The notes: generated from the letters alone by a model not told the origin. A stretch of 63,463 nucleotides of DNA from an uncultured Pseudomonadales bacterium (GCA_964432115.1 CAYSMC010000023.1:1-63463); one strand, 5' to 3'. Counted from the first letter of the stretch, positions 9,347 to 20,306 are shown. Program-made: numbers and translations.

Positions 9347-10225
9347 ATGCCAGAACTACCAGAAGTTGAATCTTTAAGAAAAAATCTATCTCAAGTGCTT
9401 TTGCAAAAAAGAATTGACAATATTCAATTGCTGCGACAAAAAAGTTTTCCAAAATTTGCGGAGAAAAAAAGCATATTAATTGGTCAACGATTTGTGGAGA
9501 TTAGACGGCGAGCCAAAATTCTTGATTTAGTACTTGGTAATAGTCTGCACTTGTTAGTTCACTTAAAAATGACCGGTCAATTAATCTTTGTTGATAAAGA
9601 GGGGCAAAGATTTGGCGGTGGTCACCCAACAGCTGATTGGGTTAATGATTTACCTAGCAAGCACACTCGAGTAATTTTTGATTTACTAGATGAAGAAGAT
9701 AAGGTTAGTCAACTTTTCTTTAATGATATGAGAGTTTTTGGTTGGCTGAAAGTAAAAACTCAAGATAAAGTTTTTCAGGAATTTGCTAAATATGGTCCAG
9801 ATATTAATGATGATCAATTAAGCGTTAAATATCTTTTAGAAAAAGCAAAAAATCGCCAAATAAGCATTAAGCAATTTATTATGGACAATCAAGTTTTGGC
9901 TGGTGTGGGTAATATTTATGCTAACGAGGCTTTGTTTAGAGCTAAAATCTCACCTTTGCGTAAAGCTAATAGTCTAAGTAAAAGAGAAATGTCAAGATTA
10001 TTATTGGAAATGCGCCAAATTATTGATGCGGCGATTATTTCAGGTGGTACCACTTTTGATGGTCACTACGTTGGTATTGATGGTTTAGCAGGTTCTTTTC
10101 AAGATCAATTAGAGGTGTATGGTCAAGAAAGCCAAATTTGTCCCCACTGTGGTAAAGATTTTAGAATTAAAAGAATTAAGTTGGGTGGCAGAAGTAGCTT
10201 TTATTGTGAACACTGTCAGCGTTAA
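9347..10225 (+). CDS. mutM: formamidopyrimidine-DNA glycosylase
   Basis: 292 aa. N-terminal MPELPEVE (catalytic Pro2/Glu3). C-terminal zinc finger CPHCG...CEHC. Confidence 0.9.
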   Translation: MPELPEVESLRKNLSQVLLQKRIDNIQLLRQKSFPKFAEKKSILIGQRFVEIRRRAKILDLVLGNSLHLLVHLKMTGQLIFVDKEGQRFGGGHPTADWVNDLPSKHTRVIFDLLDEEDKVSQLFFNDMRVFGWLKVKTQDKVFQEFAKYGPDINDDQLSVKYLLEKAKNRQISIKQFIMDNQVLAGVGNIYANEALFRAKISPLRKANSLSKREMSRLLLEMRQIIDAAIISGGTTFDGHYVGIDGLAGSFQDQLEVYGQESQICPHCGKDFRIKRIKLGGRSSFYCEHCQR

Positions 10226-11229
10226 TGACTAAGTAATTTTTTCTTTTTTTTCAAGAGCAATAGGGTTTTTTTAAGAATGGCTTGACTATCTAATTGATAT
10301 TTTTGTAATAATTGCTGTGCTTGTCCTGATTCACCAAAAGTATTATTTACAGCGATAAACTCTGTAACGAGAGGTTTAGTTAATTGTTTAGCAGTTTCAT
10401 TAATTAATTGATGAGCTAGATAAGCATTAAAACCAGAACCAAGCTGTTCTTCACTCAAGACTAATAAAGCTTGAGTTTTTTGACAACTAGCCAAAATAGT
10501 CTTTAAGTCTAAAGGTTGCAGAGAAATTAAGTTAATTAATTCTGCATCAATCTTCAATTGTTGAAGTTTCAAACAAGCCCGAATTGCTTCATGAGTGAGA
10601 ACACCAGTGCTAACAATGGTGATATCTTTACCCGTGGTAAGCAATTGAGCTTTGTTAAGGTCAAATTTTTTAGAATCGTCTACTCTATTATTTAAAGCTG
10701 TTAATAAAAATTCTAAATTAGAAACAGCCAGGCGACTTAATCGTAGATAACTTGGACCCCATGTTTGAGCTAAAGCTAAAGTTGCTAATTGAGCTTGTTT
10801 GGCATCTGCCGGTGAGATAACCCGCATGTTTGGTAAAGACATCATTAGACTTAGATCTTCTAAGCATTGATGAAAAGCTCCATCTTCGCCTGTCACCAAA
10901 CCGGCATGTCCGCCGACAATTTTCACATTGAGTTTGGAATAGGCTATGTTCCTAATTTGATCAAAATTTCTTGATGGATTGAATGAAGCAAAGCTAGTAG
11001 CAAACGGAATTTTACCAGCTAAACTGAGACCAGCAGCGACACCAATCATGTTTTGTTCAGCCACTCCACATTCGATATATCGACTGGGAAATAATTTTTT
11101 AAATTCAGTTAGCTTTAAAGAATCACTTAAGTCAGCAGATAGAGCTACTACTTGAGAATTATTATGAGCCGCTTTGACTAAGCCAGCAGCAAAACCATCT
11201 CTCGTAGCTAGTAATTGTTGTTTGGTCAT
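10222..11229 (-). CDS. transketolase, C-terminal (pyrimidine-binding) subunit
   Basis: 335 aa. Pyr and C-terminal transketolase domains (ECGVAEQNMIGVAAGL). ATGA overlap with the upstream N-terminal subunit gene. Confidence 0.85.
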   Translation of the reverse strand: MTKQQLLATRDGFAAGLVKAAHNNSQVVALSADLSDSLKLTEFKKLFPSRYIECGVAEQNMIGVAAGLSLAGKIPFATSFASFNPSRNFDQIRNIAYSKLNVKIVGGHAGLVTGEDGAFHQCLEDLSLMMSLPNMRVISPADAKQAQLATLALAQTWGPSYLRLSRLAVSNLEFLLTALNNRVDDSKKFDLNKAQLLTTGKDITIVSTGVLTHEAIRACLKLQQLKIDAELINLISLQPLDLKTILASCQKTQALLVLSEEQLGSGFNAYLAHQLINETAKQLTKPLVTEFIAVNNTFGESGQAQQLLQKYQLDSQAILKKTLLLLKKKKKLLSH

Positions 11230-12095
11230 TTTAATGTTTGTTTTTTTATTTTTAATTCTTGCATAGCACTTTCAAACTCTTTTTTGTTTGGTGCTCGTCC
11301 GTGCCAATGATAATCATTTTCCATAAAAGACACTCCTTTTCCTGGAATACTATGAGCAATAATGGCCACCGCTTGTGTCTTATTGTTTTTAGCTTCTTGG
11401 AGTTTTTTTTGTAAATCAATAAAATCGTGGGCATCAACTTCTAAAACACGCAAGCCAAAGGCTATCAGTTTTAATTTTAAATCTCCAAGGGACATGATTT
11501 CTTTGGTTTTCCCCGAAATTTGAACTCGATTGTCATCAATAATAAAAGTTAAATTTTTGAGTTGGTGATGGGTGGCAAACATGTAAGCTTCCCAAGTTTG
11601 TCCTTCCTGCTGTTCTGCATCGCTTAATAGACAGAAAAGGTGATTTTTTTTGTGATCCATTGCTAGTCCATAAGCTAGACCCGCTGCTTGAGAGCTACCA
11701 TGACCCAAAGATCCAGATGTAATTTCGACTCCAGGCAAAGTTTTTTGATCAATTTTTAGATTATCCATTAACAAATGGGGATGGCCCTGTAAGCGACTAT
11801 TAATTTGTCTAAAAGTTTCCAACTCTACTCTAGGGAAATATTTTTCTTGAGCCAAGACAGCATAAAGAGCAGGACAAATGTGACCATTAGATAAGAAAAA
11901 ATAATCACGCTTTTCCCAATTAGGTCTTTTAGAATCATGACGTAGAATATTTGTGGCAAAAAGGGTTAATATCAAATCAATCATTCCCAAGCTGCCAGCT
12001 GGATGCCCGCTCTGGGCTTGGTAGATCATTGCTAAAATATCTTGTCTGAGGTTAAAAGCAATTTTTTGCAATTGGGCAGTTTCAGTAATTTTCAT
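11226..12095 (-). CDS. transketolase, N-terminal (TPP-binding) subunit
   Basis: 289 aa. Motifs SNGHICPALYA, GSLGHGSSQAAGLA and IIDDNRVQISG, typical of split transketolase. Confidence 0.85.
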   Translation of the reverse strand: MKITETAQLQKIAFNLRQDILAMIYQAQSGHPAGSLGMIDLILTLFATNILRHDSKRPNWEKRDYFFLSNGHICPALYAVLAQEKYFPRVELETFRQINSRLQGHPHLLMDNLKIDQKTLPGVEITSGSLGHGSSQAAGLAYGLAMDHKKNHLFCLLSDAEQQEGQTWEAYMFATHHQLKNLTFIIDDNRVQISGKTKEIMSLGDLKLKLIAFGLRVLEVDAHDFIDLQKKLQEAKNNKTQAVAIIAHSIPGKGVSFMENDYHWHGRAPNKKEFESAMQELKIKKQTLK

Positions 12096-12098
12096 TGT

Positions 12099-15000
12099 TT
12101 ATTTTAACAATTCTTCAATTTTTTTTGCTAAAGACTCATTCCAGTCTACTTGATAGGGCAAATTAATTTTTTCGGCTTTCCCTCCATTGGGAATAATAAT
12201 CACAATGTGTTTTTTGCCGAGATTAGCTTTTAGTAGTTTGCCTAGTTTAGTTAGAGTTTCTTTACTGGTTTTTCTCGGTACAAAAATTTCTTGGAAATTG
12301 GCTTGATTTTTCTGGGGCAAAGCAGTGTTGGGTAAAGAAATTTTTTCGGCAATTAATTTCAATTCGCCATCTCGATTTTGGATTTTAGCTCTTAGTAAAA
12401 TGACACTATCTTCATTAAGCTGACCGATCCATTTTTGATAAAGTTTGGGAAAAATTAAAAATTCAATTTTGCCAGTGGTGTCTTCTAAATTAGCAAAAGC
12501 CATTTTTCTGCCATTTTTGGTAGTCACTTCTTTAAATTGAGTAATCACTCCACCAAAAAGAAAAATTTGATCTTGATTAAGATCAGGATCAATTTCAGCA
12601 ATCTTCATATTGGTTCTTTTATTCAAGATTTGCATAGTATCAGCCAAAGGATGACTGGTTAAATAAACACCTAATAATTCTTTTTCGAAGGATAAAAGTT
12701 CTGGCTTGGGATATTCTTCTAATTCCACAAAATTGTCAGTAATTTGTGTACTTTGACTATCAACATTAGCAAATAGATTGTCTTGCCCATCTATTTCTGA
12801 ACTATATTGTTCGGCAGTTTGGCGGATTTGTTCTAAATTTTCCAACATTGAAGAGCGACTGGCAAAACGATCCATTGCTCCGACTTTTACCAAACTTTCT
12901 ATAGTTTTTTTATTGACTTTGCGATTACTAGTGCTTTGTAGAAAATGAGTAAATGATTGAAATTTTTTTTCTTTTTGCCTTACAACTAAAATATTTTCAA
13001 TAGCTGCAGTGCCTACATGTTTGATGGCGTTTAAGCCAAAACGAATGGCTAACCCTCCCGCAGATTTAGCATCTTTCTCAATGGTGAAATCTTTATCAGA
13101 TAAATTAATATCTGGTGCTAAAATTTTAATGCCCATTTGTCGACAGTTATCGATAGTAATAGCAATTTTTTCATCTCGATTCATTGAGTGGGAACTAGAT
13201 TCAACACTCATCACCGCTGTCATATATTCCACGGGATAATTGGCTTTTAACCAAGCGGTTTGATAAGCAATCATGGCATAGCTGGCAGCGTGAGATTTAT
13301 TAAAACCGTAATTGGCAAAAGCTTCAATAAATCCCCAAACTCGTTCGGCAGTTGCTTTTTTATATCCTTTGGCGACCGATTGTTTAATAAAGCGGTTCTT
13401 GTTAGTATCAAGAAGTTTCTTTTTCTTTTTACCAATAGCTCGACGCAAGATATCTGCTTCACCTAAACTATAACCTGCCATATAGTTAACAATTTCTAAA
13501 ATTTGCTCCTGGTAAACCATGATGCCGTAGGTTTCTTTTAAAAAAGGTTCGAGTGACGGATGAGGATATTCAATAATTTCCGGGTTGTGTTTACCCTCAA
13601 TAAAACGAGGGATAAGATCCATAGGTCCTGGTCGATAAAGAGCAACCATAGCGGTGATGTCTGAAAATTTATTAGGTTTCAAACTCTTAGCAATTCGCCT
13701 CATTCCCCCTGATTCCAATTGAAAAACGCCGGTGGTGTCACCACTAGCCAACAACTTGAAAGTTTTTTGATCCTCTAGGGATATTTCGTCAATATAAATG
13801 TTTTCTTTTTTATATTTTTTAATTAAGGCTAAAGCCTCTTGAATAATGGATAAATTTCTCAGCCCCAACAGATCAAATTTTAGTAAGCCAATGGCATCAT
13901 CATTAACGTTGCAGTCAAGTGAGTACATATCTAATTGAGTCAGTGTTTTACCAGAGCGCGAATCTTTTTGAATTGGTGTGTAATTGGAGAGTGGTTTATC
14001 AGCAATAATAACTGCACAAGCATGCATCCCAGCTTGGCGGATAGTCCCTTCAACTTTCATTGCTAAATCTAACAATTTTCTAAATTTACTCTGTTGGTAA
14101 TAATTACCCAGCTCTGGAACAGTATTGATGGCCTGTTTAATCGACACACGTCGACCAGGATCATTGGGAATTAATTTAGCAATTTTATCAGGTTCTTCAT
14201 AAGGCATACCTAGTACTCGACCAATATCACGAACTGCCACTCTAGCCTCCATCCGACCAAAGGTGATGACAGCGGCCACGTGATCTTCTCCGTATTTATC
14301 AGCCACATATTTCAAAACCTCGTCTCGTTTAATATCAGCAAAATCAATATCAATATCTGGAGGAGTTGGTCGTTCTGGATTTAAAAAGCGCTCAAAAGGC
14401 AAACCATGTTCTAAAGGATTTAAAGTGGTGATATTTAAACAATATGATACTAAAGACCCAGCAGCACTGCCTCGTCCTGGACCGACAGCAATTTCTTCTT
14501 TTTTTGCCCAATTAACAAAATCTTGAGTAATTAAAAAGTAAGCTGGGTAGCCTTTATCATTAATAATTTTAATTTCATAATCCAAACGTTCTTTAATTTC
14601 TTTAGTAATTTTTTTAAATTTTTTCTTAGCTGCTTGATAAACGATTTTTTCTAGATAGCTAGCATAATTTTCTCCCTTAGGCAATTCAAAAGTGGGAAAA
14701 ATTAAATTACCAGTAGGAATTTCAAGCTCACATTGATCAGCAATTTTTTTAGTATTAATGATTGCTTCAGGAATATCATTAAAAGCTTCAATCATTTCCT
14801 GACTAGATTTGAAATAAAAGTCTGGCATATCAATCATTTTCAGTCTCTTTTTATCACTAATCAAACGTCTTGTTTGTACACACAATAACGCATCTTGGGC
14901 TTCAGCGTCTTCTTTGCCCAAATAGTGTGAATCATTGCTAGCTACTAGTGGCAACTTGAGTTGTCTAGCAATCTTAATTAATTTTTTACTAAGTTCATAA

Positions 15001-15560
15001 CTTTCAGCTACATGAGGATGTCTCTGAATTTCTAAATAAAAACGGTTTTTAAAAATTTGTTGATATTTTTTAAATAATTCTATAGCCTCAGCTTCTTTAT
15101 CGGCCAATAATAAACGACTGGTGTAACTACTCATACAACCACTAAGCATGATAAGGCCCTTGTTGTATTTTTCTAACAACTCATGATCAATACGTGGTTT
15201 ATAAGAGAAACCTTCAAAATTTGCTAATGATATTAATTTCATTAAGTTTTGGTAGCCAGTGAAATTTTTGGCTAACAGGGTTAAGTGGGATTGATCACTA
15301 CCTATTTTGATTTGTTTATCAAAACGGGAATTTTTGGCCAAATAAAGCTCTGCGCCAATAATAGCCTTGAGATTTGCTTCTTTGCAAGCATTATAAAAAA
15401 CAATATGACCATACATGTTACCGTGATCAGTAATGGCTAGGGCTTCTTGACCAAATTTTTTAGCTCTGTTGATTAAATCAGGGATTTTACTCAAACCATC
15501 TAAAATTGAATATTCAGTGTGAGTGTGGAGATGAACAAAGTCTTTGTTTTGCAGAGCCAT
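12099..15560 (-). CDS. dnaE: DNA polymerase III alpha subunit
   Basis: 1153 aa. PHP domain HLHTHTEYSILDG, palm/fingers GPGRGSAAGSLVSYCL and a C-terminal OB fold. Confidence 0.95.
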   Translation of the reverse strand: MALQNKDFVHLHTHTEYSILDGLSKIPDLINRAKKFGQEALAITDHGNMYGHIVFYNACKEANLKAIIGAELYLAKNSRFDKQIKIGSDQSHLTLLAKNFTGYQNLMKLISLANFEGFSYKPRIDHELLEKYNKGLIMLSGCMSSYTSRLLLADKEAEAIELFKKYQQIFKNRFYLEIQRHPHVAESYELSKKLIKIARQLKLPLVASNDSHYLGKEDAEAQDALLCVQTRRLISDKKRLKMIDMPDFYFKSSQEMIEAFNDIPEAIINTKKIADQCELEIPTGNLIFPTFELPKGENYASYLEKIVYQAAKKKFKKITKEIKERLDYEIKIINDKGYPAYFLITQDFVNWAKKEEIAVGPGRGSAAGSLVSYCLNITTLNPLEHGLPFERFLNPERPTPPDIDIDFADIKRDEVLKYVADKYGEDHVAAVITFGRMEARVAVRDIGRVLGMPYEEPDKIAKLIPNDPGRRVSIKQAINTVPELGNYYQQSKFRKLLDLAMKVEGTIRQAGMHACAVIIADKPLSNYTPIQKDSRSGKTLTQLDMYSLDCNVNDDAIGLLKFDLLGLRNLSIIQEALALIKKYKKENIYIDEISLEDQKTFKLLASGDTTGVFQLESGGMRRIAKSLKPNKFSDITAMVALYRPGPMDLIPRFIEGKHNPEIIEYPHPSLEPFLKETYGIMVYQEQILEIVNYMAGYSLGEADILRRAIGKKKKKLLDTNKNRFIKQSVAKGYKKATAERVWGFIEAFANYGFNKSHAASYAMIAYQTAWLKANYPVEYMTAVMSVESSSHSMNRDEKIAITIDNCRQMGIKILAPDINLSDKDFTIEKDAKSAGGLAIRFGLNAIKHVGTAAIENILVVRQKEKKFQSFTHFLQSTSNRKVNKKTIESLVKVGAMDRFASRSSMLENLEQIRQTAEQYSSEIDGQDNLFANVDSQSTQITDNFVELEEYPKPELLSFEKELLGVYLTSHPLADTMQILNKRTNMKIAEIDPDLNQDQIFLFGGVITQFKEVTTKNGRKMAFANLEDTTGKIEFLIFPKLYQKWIGQLNEDSVILLRAKIQNRDGELKLIAEKISLPNTALPQKNQANFQEIFVPRKTSKETLTKLGKLLKANLGKKHIVIIIPNGGKAEKINLPYQVDWNESLAKKIEELLK

Positions 15561-15603
15561 ATCTAGATTTTAGTATATCTTATTTTGAAAAACTTTTGTT
15601 TGC

Positions 15604-16938
15604 TTAAACTGAGTTGTTCAATTGATCAAGTAAAACTTTTTTGATTAAATTGACATCAACTTTTTTGGCAATTTTTTTTGTGCTTTGACCAATTAAGAAA
15701 GCTAAAACTTCAGTTTTTCCCGATTGATATTTTTTCACCGCATCTAAGTTTTCTTGAAGAACTTCTTTGATTAATTTTTCAATATTTTCTAATCTAATTT
15801 CTTCTACCGCGTCGATTTGTTTGAGCTGTTCAATAATTGTATGTGGGTCACTAGACAGTTGATAGTCAATTTTTTTGTTTAAAAGCGCATTAATAATTTT
15901 TTTACTTTCAACTTTTTCTTTTTTGGCCAATATTAATAATTGTTCAAAAAATTGAGCTCGTTTTTTACTTTTTACCAAGCGCTTGGTTAAATCTGAGTTT
16001 AACTGATATTCCTGACACAACCGTTTTGCATATTCAGCTGGAAGTTCAGGTAATGTTTTTTTGATTTGAGCAATTGCTGCACTAGTAAATGTAATTGGTG
16101 GAAGATCTGGATCAGGAAAATAACGATAATCTTGAGCCTCTTCTTTGCTTCTTTGACTAAAAGTTTTACCAGATTTAGCATTAAAACCTCTAGTTTCTTG
16201 AACGGGAATTTGGCCCTGATCTAGTAATTTAGCTTGACGCTCTATTTCGTAGTTAATAGCCATTTCCATGAAGCGAAATGAATTAATGTTTTTACATTCC
16301 ACTTTATAATTGGGCAAAAAATCTTGAGGATCAGTTGTTTTTTTGAGGGAAATATTGGCTTCGAGACGCATCCCGCCTTTTTCCATATCGCAATCAGCTA
16401 CGTCCAAATAGCGCAAAATCTGTCTGAGTTGTTGTGCGTATTCTTTGGCTTGTTGAGCATTTTTGAGATCGGTTTCAGTGACAATTTCTACCAACGGCAC
16501 TCCCGAGCGGTTAAAATCGATTAAGGTTTGCTTGTTTTGATGAATTAATTTAGCTGTATCCTCTTCCAGATGAATACGATGAATGCGGACTCGACCCTGG
16601 CTAGTATCTAAAAACCCGTCATGACAAAAAGGAATATCATATTGGCTAATCTGATAACCCTTGGGCAAATCTGGATAAAAATAATTTTTTCGATCAAATT
16701 TAGAGAATAAATTAATCTGACAATTGAGAGCCAAACCAATTTTAATGGTCCACTCAATGGCCGTTTTATTAGCTAGAGGTAGTCCCCCAGGCATGCCTAA
16801 ACACACCGGACAAGTGTGAATGTTAGGTTTTTTAGCACCGAAAGGATCATTTTTACAAGCACAAAACATTTTTGATTTAGTTTTGAGTTCGCTGTGAATT
16901 TCTAAACCACACACTAGCTGGTAATTATTTTTTGACAT
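15604..16938 (-). CDS. gatB: Asp/Glu-tRNA amidotransferase subunit B
   Basis: GLEIHSELKTKSKMFCAC motif. The ORF track start is ATG 16962. I prefer ATG 16938, which forms a TAATG stop/start overlap with gatA. Both starts are possible. Confidence 0.85.
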   Translation of the reverse strand: MSKNNYQLVCGLEIHSELKTKSKMFCACKNDPFGAKKPNIHTCPVCLGMPGGLPLANKTAIEWTIKIGLALNCQINLFSKFDRKNYFYPDLPKGYQISQYDIPFCHDGFLDTSQGRVRIHRIHLEEDTAKLIHQNKQTLIDFNRSGVPLVEIVTETDLKNAQQAKEYAQQLRQILRYLDVADCDMEKGGMRLEANISLKKTTDPQDFLPNYKVECKNINSFRFMEMAINYEIERQAKLLDQGQIPVQETRGFNAKSGKTFSQRSKEEAQDYRYFPDPDLPPITFTSAAIAQIKKTLPELPAEYAKRLCQEYQLNSDLTKRLVKSKKRAQFFEQLLILAKKEKVESKKIINALLNKKIDYQLSSDPHTIIEQLKQIDAVEEIRLENIEKLIKEVLQENLDAVKKYQSGKTEVLAFLIGQSTKKIAKKVDVNLIKKVLLDQLNNSV

Positions 16939-18320
16939 TAACGATTTCTCCAACTGTTCCATTGGGTATTTTTTTCGAAGGCATCAGCCACTTTAATTAC
17001 TAAATCTTCTCGCCACATTGGTGCGACAAAATTAGCTCCCAAAAATAAATTACTTTGCGGATCGCGATAATAAGGCACACTGATTCCTGGTAATCCACTC
17101 ACGGAACTAGCTTCAAGCAACATGTCTTCTAGTTCGCCAAACATTGGCGAATCGGCAGAAGCGCCTAGTTTTTTCGCAAAACCAGGGGAAGTAGGGCTAA
17201 CTAAGACATCATATTGTTTAAATAATTTGGCAAAATCATTTAAATAAAGAGTACGAACCTTTTGAGCTAAATTGTAATATTGATCAGCATAGCCCTTAGA
17301 CAAAGTAAAAGTACCAAGCATGATTCGTCTTTTTGCTTCATCACCAAAAAAAGCTCGATTTCTGCCATAACGCACGCCATCAAAACGAGCTAAATTGCTA
17401 CTCACTTCGGCTCGTTGCACTACGGTGTAAACACCAATAGCGAAGTGAGGATCAAGAGCTTGAGCTTTTTCTACCTTAGCTCCTAGTTGACTCAAAATTG
17501 CTAACTCTTGAGCTAATTTTTCATTAGCTTTTTCTACTCCTGCAACATCATGATAAATTACACCAATTTTTAGATTTTTAATGTCTTGATCTAAAAAGCT
17601 AGTAAAATCTGGGGCTGGGTCTTGATTGCAGGTAGCATCTCGGGGATCTGGTCCAGCAAAAGTGTTTAGTACCAGACAGGCATCTTCGACAGTTTTGGTA
17701 ATTACGCCAGGACTATCAGTGGAAGAAGCCATAGCAACAACTCCAAAACGACTGACACGGCCATAGCTCGGTTTTAAACCAACTGTGCCACACCAAGCCG
17801 CAGGCTGTCTAATTGAACCGGCAGTTTCACTACCAATGGCTGCTAGACACAAATCCGCTGCCACTGCCGCGGCGCTGCCACCAGAAGATCCCCCAGGTAA
17901 ATGATCGGGGTTGCGTGGATTTAATGTGGGACCAAAATCACTAGTTTCAGTTGAAGAACCATGCGCCCAAGCATCCATATTGGTTTTGCCAACAATCACT
18001 CCACCAGCTTTTTGTAAACGTTTGGTGACTGTTGATTCATATTGAGGAGTAAAATTTTCCAAAATTTTTGAAGAAGCAGTAGTTGGCAAAACTTTTGTAC
18101 AAAAATTATCTTTAATTGCGATAGGTAAACCTTTGAGTTGAGTATTTTTAACTAATGTTGCTTCTTGGTGTGCCTGATTATTGAGATTTAAATAGATGTT
18201 ATAAATTTTATTTTTTTCTTGAATGTTTAAATTTAAATCTCGATACAAATCATCAAGGCTTAATGAATTGTTAGCTAAGGCATCGAGGGCTTCTTTGATG
18301 GTGAGTTGATTAAAAGTCAT
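16938..18320 (-). CDS. gatA: Asp/Glu-tRNA amidotransferase subunit A
   Basis: 460 aa. Amidase signature GGSSGGSAAAVAA. Confidence 0.95.
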   Translation of the reverse strand: MTFNQLTIKEALDALANNSLSLDDLYRDLNLNIQEKNKIYNIYLNLNNQAHQEATLVKNTQLKGLPIAIKDNFCTKVLPTTASSKILENFTPQYESTVTKRLQKAGGVIVGKTNMDAWAHGSSTETSDFGPTLNPRNPDHLPGGSSGGSAAAVAADLCLAAIGSETAGSIRQPAAWCGTVGLKPSYGRVSRFGVVAMASSTDSPGVITKTVEDACLVLNTFAGPDPRDATCNQDPAPDFTSFLDQDIKNLKIGVIYHDVAGVEKANEKLAQELAILSQLGAKVEKAQALDPHFAIGVYTVVQRAEVSSNLARFDGVRYGRNRAFFGDEAKRRIMLGTFTLSKGYADQYYNLAQKVRTLYLNDFAKLFKQYDVLVSPTSPGFAKKLGASADSPMFGELEDMLLEASSVSGLPGISVPYYRDPQSNLFLGANFVAPMWREDLVIKVADAFEKNTQWNSWRNR

Positions 18321-18336
18321 GTTATTGATTATTCAA

Positions 18337-18651
18337 TTAATTATCTTCACTGGCTAAAACCTGAGGCACGACAAAAAATCCATTTTTTTGATGTGGTGCA
18401 TTGGCGAGAGCTTCTGTTTGAGTAAAACTCAAACTTTCATCGACCTCATCGTTTCTTGTTACATTTTTAAAACCAGTGACTTGGTGGGTGGTCTCCACCT
18501 GACTAACATCTGCAGATTTCAATTGATCAACAACAGTTAGAGTTTCAGCAAAGTCTTTAGCCAATTGTCGACTCTCCGCGTCACTAATTGGAATGTGTGC
18601 AAGCTCTGCAATGTGTTTGACTTGATTTTGATCTACTAGTTTTTTTGACAC
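18337..18651 (-). CDS. gatC: Asp/Glu-tRNA amidotransferase subunit C
   Basis: 104 aa with a GTG start. The position directly upstream of gatA and the size fit GatC. Confidence 0.8.
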   Translation of the reverse strand: MSKKLVDQNQVKHIAELAHIPISDAESRQLAKDFAETLTVVDQLKSADVSQVETTHQVTGFKNVTRNDEVDESLSFTQTEALANAPHQKNGFFVVPQVLASEDN

Positions 18652-18696
18652 AATATGAATTAGTTTAGCAGAATTCGTAGCTTTTTTAAGAAGGAA

Positions 18697-19611
18697 TTAG
18701 CTGTTTTGGGTGCTAATTGCCCTGAGTGCCGCTACTCTCTCAGCCACTGGTGGATGGGTCTGAAAAAGTTTTTTAAAAGTGGCAACTCCACCTTTAATAT
18801 TTTTTAAAGGATCACTGATGTATAAATGAGCGGTAGCTTTATTAGCGACCTCTAAAGGTTCTTGATCCTGACTAATTTTGATTAAAGCTTTCGCTAAACC
18901 CTCGGGATTTTTAGTGATGGCGGCAGCATTTGCATCGGCTAAAAATTCATAACGACGAGAAATAGCTAACTTGATTAATTGACTGATAATTGGTGCCAGA
19001 ATTGCCATCACAATAGCTAAAAAGAAAAAGATTAAATCCAATTGGCTATGATCATCATCTCTTTTTCTCCGGCCATAGACTGAACTGCGCAATACCCAAT
19101 CACCAAGCAGAGCAATTGAGCCAACCAAGACCGACACAATCGACATCAACAAAATATCATAATTTTTAATGTGGCCAATTTCATGAGCAATTACTCCCTC
19201 GAGTTCACTACGGTTGAGTCTGGTTAATAAACCAGTAGTTGCACAGATCACAGCATGTTTGGGGTTACGACCAGTAGCAAAAGCATTCATGGCGCTGTCT
19301 TCAATTACATACAGCTTGGGCATTGGCAAGCGTTGGTTGTTAACAATATTTTCAGCAACCGTGTAAAAATCAAAATGTTCTTGACGGTTGGCTGGTTTGG
19401 CTCTCGAAATAGTGAGTACAATTTTATCTGAAAAATAATAACTAAAAAAACTAGTGAATCCAGAGAAAATTAAAGCTGCACCTACGATGGACAATGGGTA
19501 ATCAAAACCAACGGCAATAATATAACTAACCACCGTAATAAATAAAACAAAAAAGATCATCACCAACAAGGATCGACGTTTATTACTCGCCACCAATTGA
19601 TAATGAGTCAT
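18697..19611 (-). CDS. htpX: M48-family zinc metalloprotease HtpX
   Basis: 304 aa. N-terminal TM helices and HEIGH zinc motif (AHEIGHIKNYD). GAGAGGAA Shine-Dalgarno upstream. Confidence 0.9.
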   Translation of the reverse strand: MTHYQLVASNKRRSLLVMIFFVLFITVVSYIIAVGFDYPLSIVGAALIFSGFTSFFSYYFSDKIVLTISRAKPANRQEHFDFYTVAENIVNNQRLPMPKLYVIEDSAMNAFATGRNPKHAVICATTGLLTRLNRSELEGVIAHEIGHIKNYDILLMSIVSVLVGSIALLGDWVLRSSVYGRRKRDDDHSQLDLIFFFLAIVMAILAPIISQLIKLAISRRYEFLADANAAAITKNPEGLAKALIKISQDQEPLEVANKATAHLYISDPLKNIKGGVATFKKLFQTHPPVAERVAALRAISTQNS

Positions 19612-19666
19612 AAGTCAATTATTCCTCTCATTGAATTTTATAATTTTGCTTAAGCTAGAACAGAAA

Positions 19667-20248
19667 TTAAAGATCTACCTTAGGAGTCTTCATTTCTGCC
19701 TCACTAACACTGACGTGTTCGCCAGTCATGGCGGTTTCTAAGCCCTTTTCCTCTTTGAAGCCAAATATACCAGCCACAATATTGGATGGGAACACAACTA
19801 GTTTTTCATTGTAGCTTTGAGATAAATCAATCACGCTACGTCTAGCATAAGTCAGTTTGTCGGCTGTATCAGTTAATTCATCCATAAATTTAGTAATGGC
19901 TTCATTAGCTTTAAGCTCTGGGTTGCTTTCAACCAAGACTTGAATTTGTGGAATTAAGTTTTGAATATCAGTGATAGCTTGATTAATATCGGCGCTTTTA
20001 CCCGTTTTTTCTGCTTTCACGGTGGATTTACGAGCCTCAGTTAACATTTGATAAATGCCTTTTTCGTGTTTCAACTGACCTTTGACGGCATTTTCTAAGC
20101 TAGGAATTAAACCAGCTTGTCGTTTTAATTGATTACCAATTTCTTGAATACTAGCTTTAATTTGGGTTTTGAGACGTTGTAATCCGTTGTAAACGCCCAT
20201 CACATAAAAGGCGATAAGAACTACTGCTATTAAAATATATATGATCAT
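19667..20248 (-). CDS. lemA: LemA family membrane protein
   Basis: 193 aa. N-terminal TM helix and LemA-type helical domain. Forms the common LemA-HtpX pairing. Confidence 0.85.
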   Translation of the reverse strand: MIIYILIAVVLIAFYVMGVYNGLQRLKTQIKASIQEIGNQLKRQAGLIPSLENAVKGQLKHEKGIYQMLTEARKSTVKAEKTGKSADINQAITDIQNLIPQIQVLVESNPELKANEAITKFMDELTDTADKLTYARRSVIDLSQSYNEKLVVFPSNIVAGIFGFKEEKGLETAMTGEHVSVSEAEMKTPKVDL

Positions 20249-20306
20249 AAAATTCCTTTCTTTCTATTTTCCATTATAGCTTATTTTACAATTTTTGGCT
20301 TGTTTA

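Noticed and set aside
13009-13466. Plus- and minus-strand ORFs of 63-76 aa nested in dnaE.
   Set aside because: They are entirely internal to a well-conserved 1153-aa DnaE reading frame, with no independent signals.
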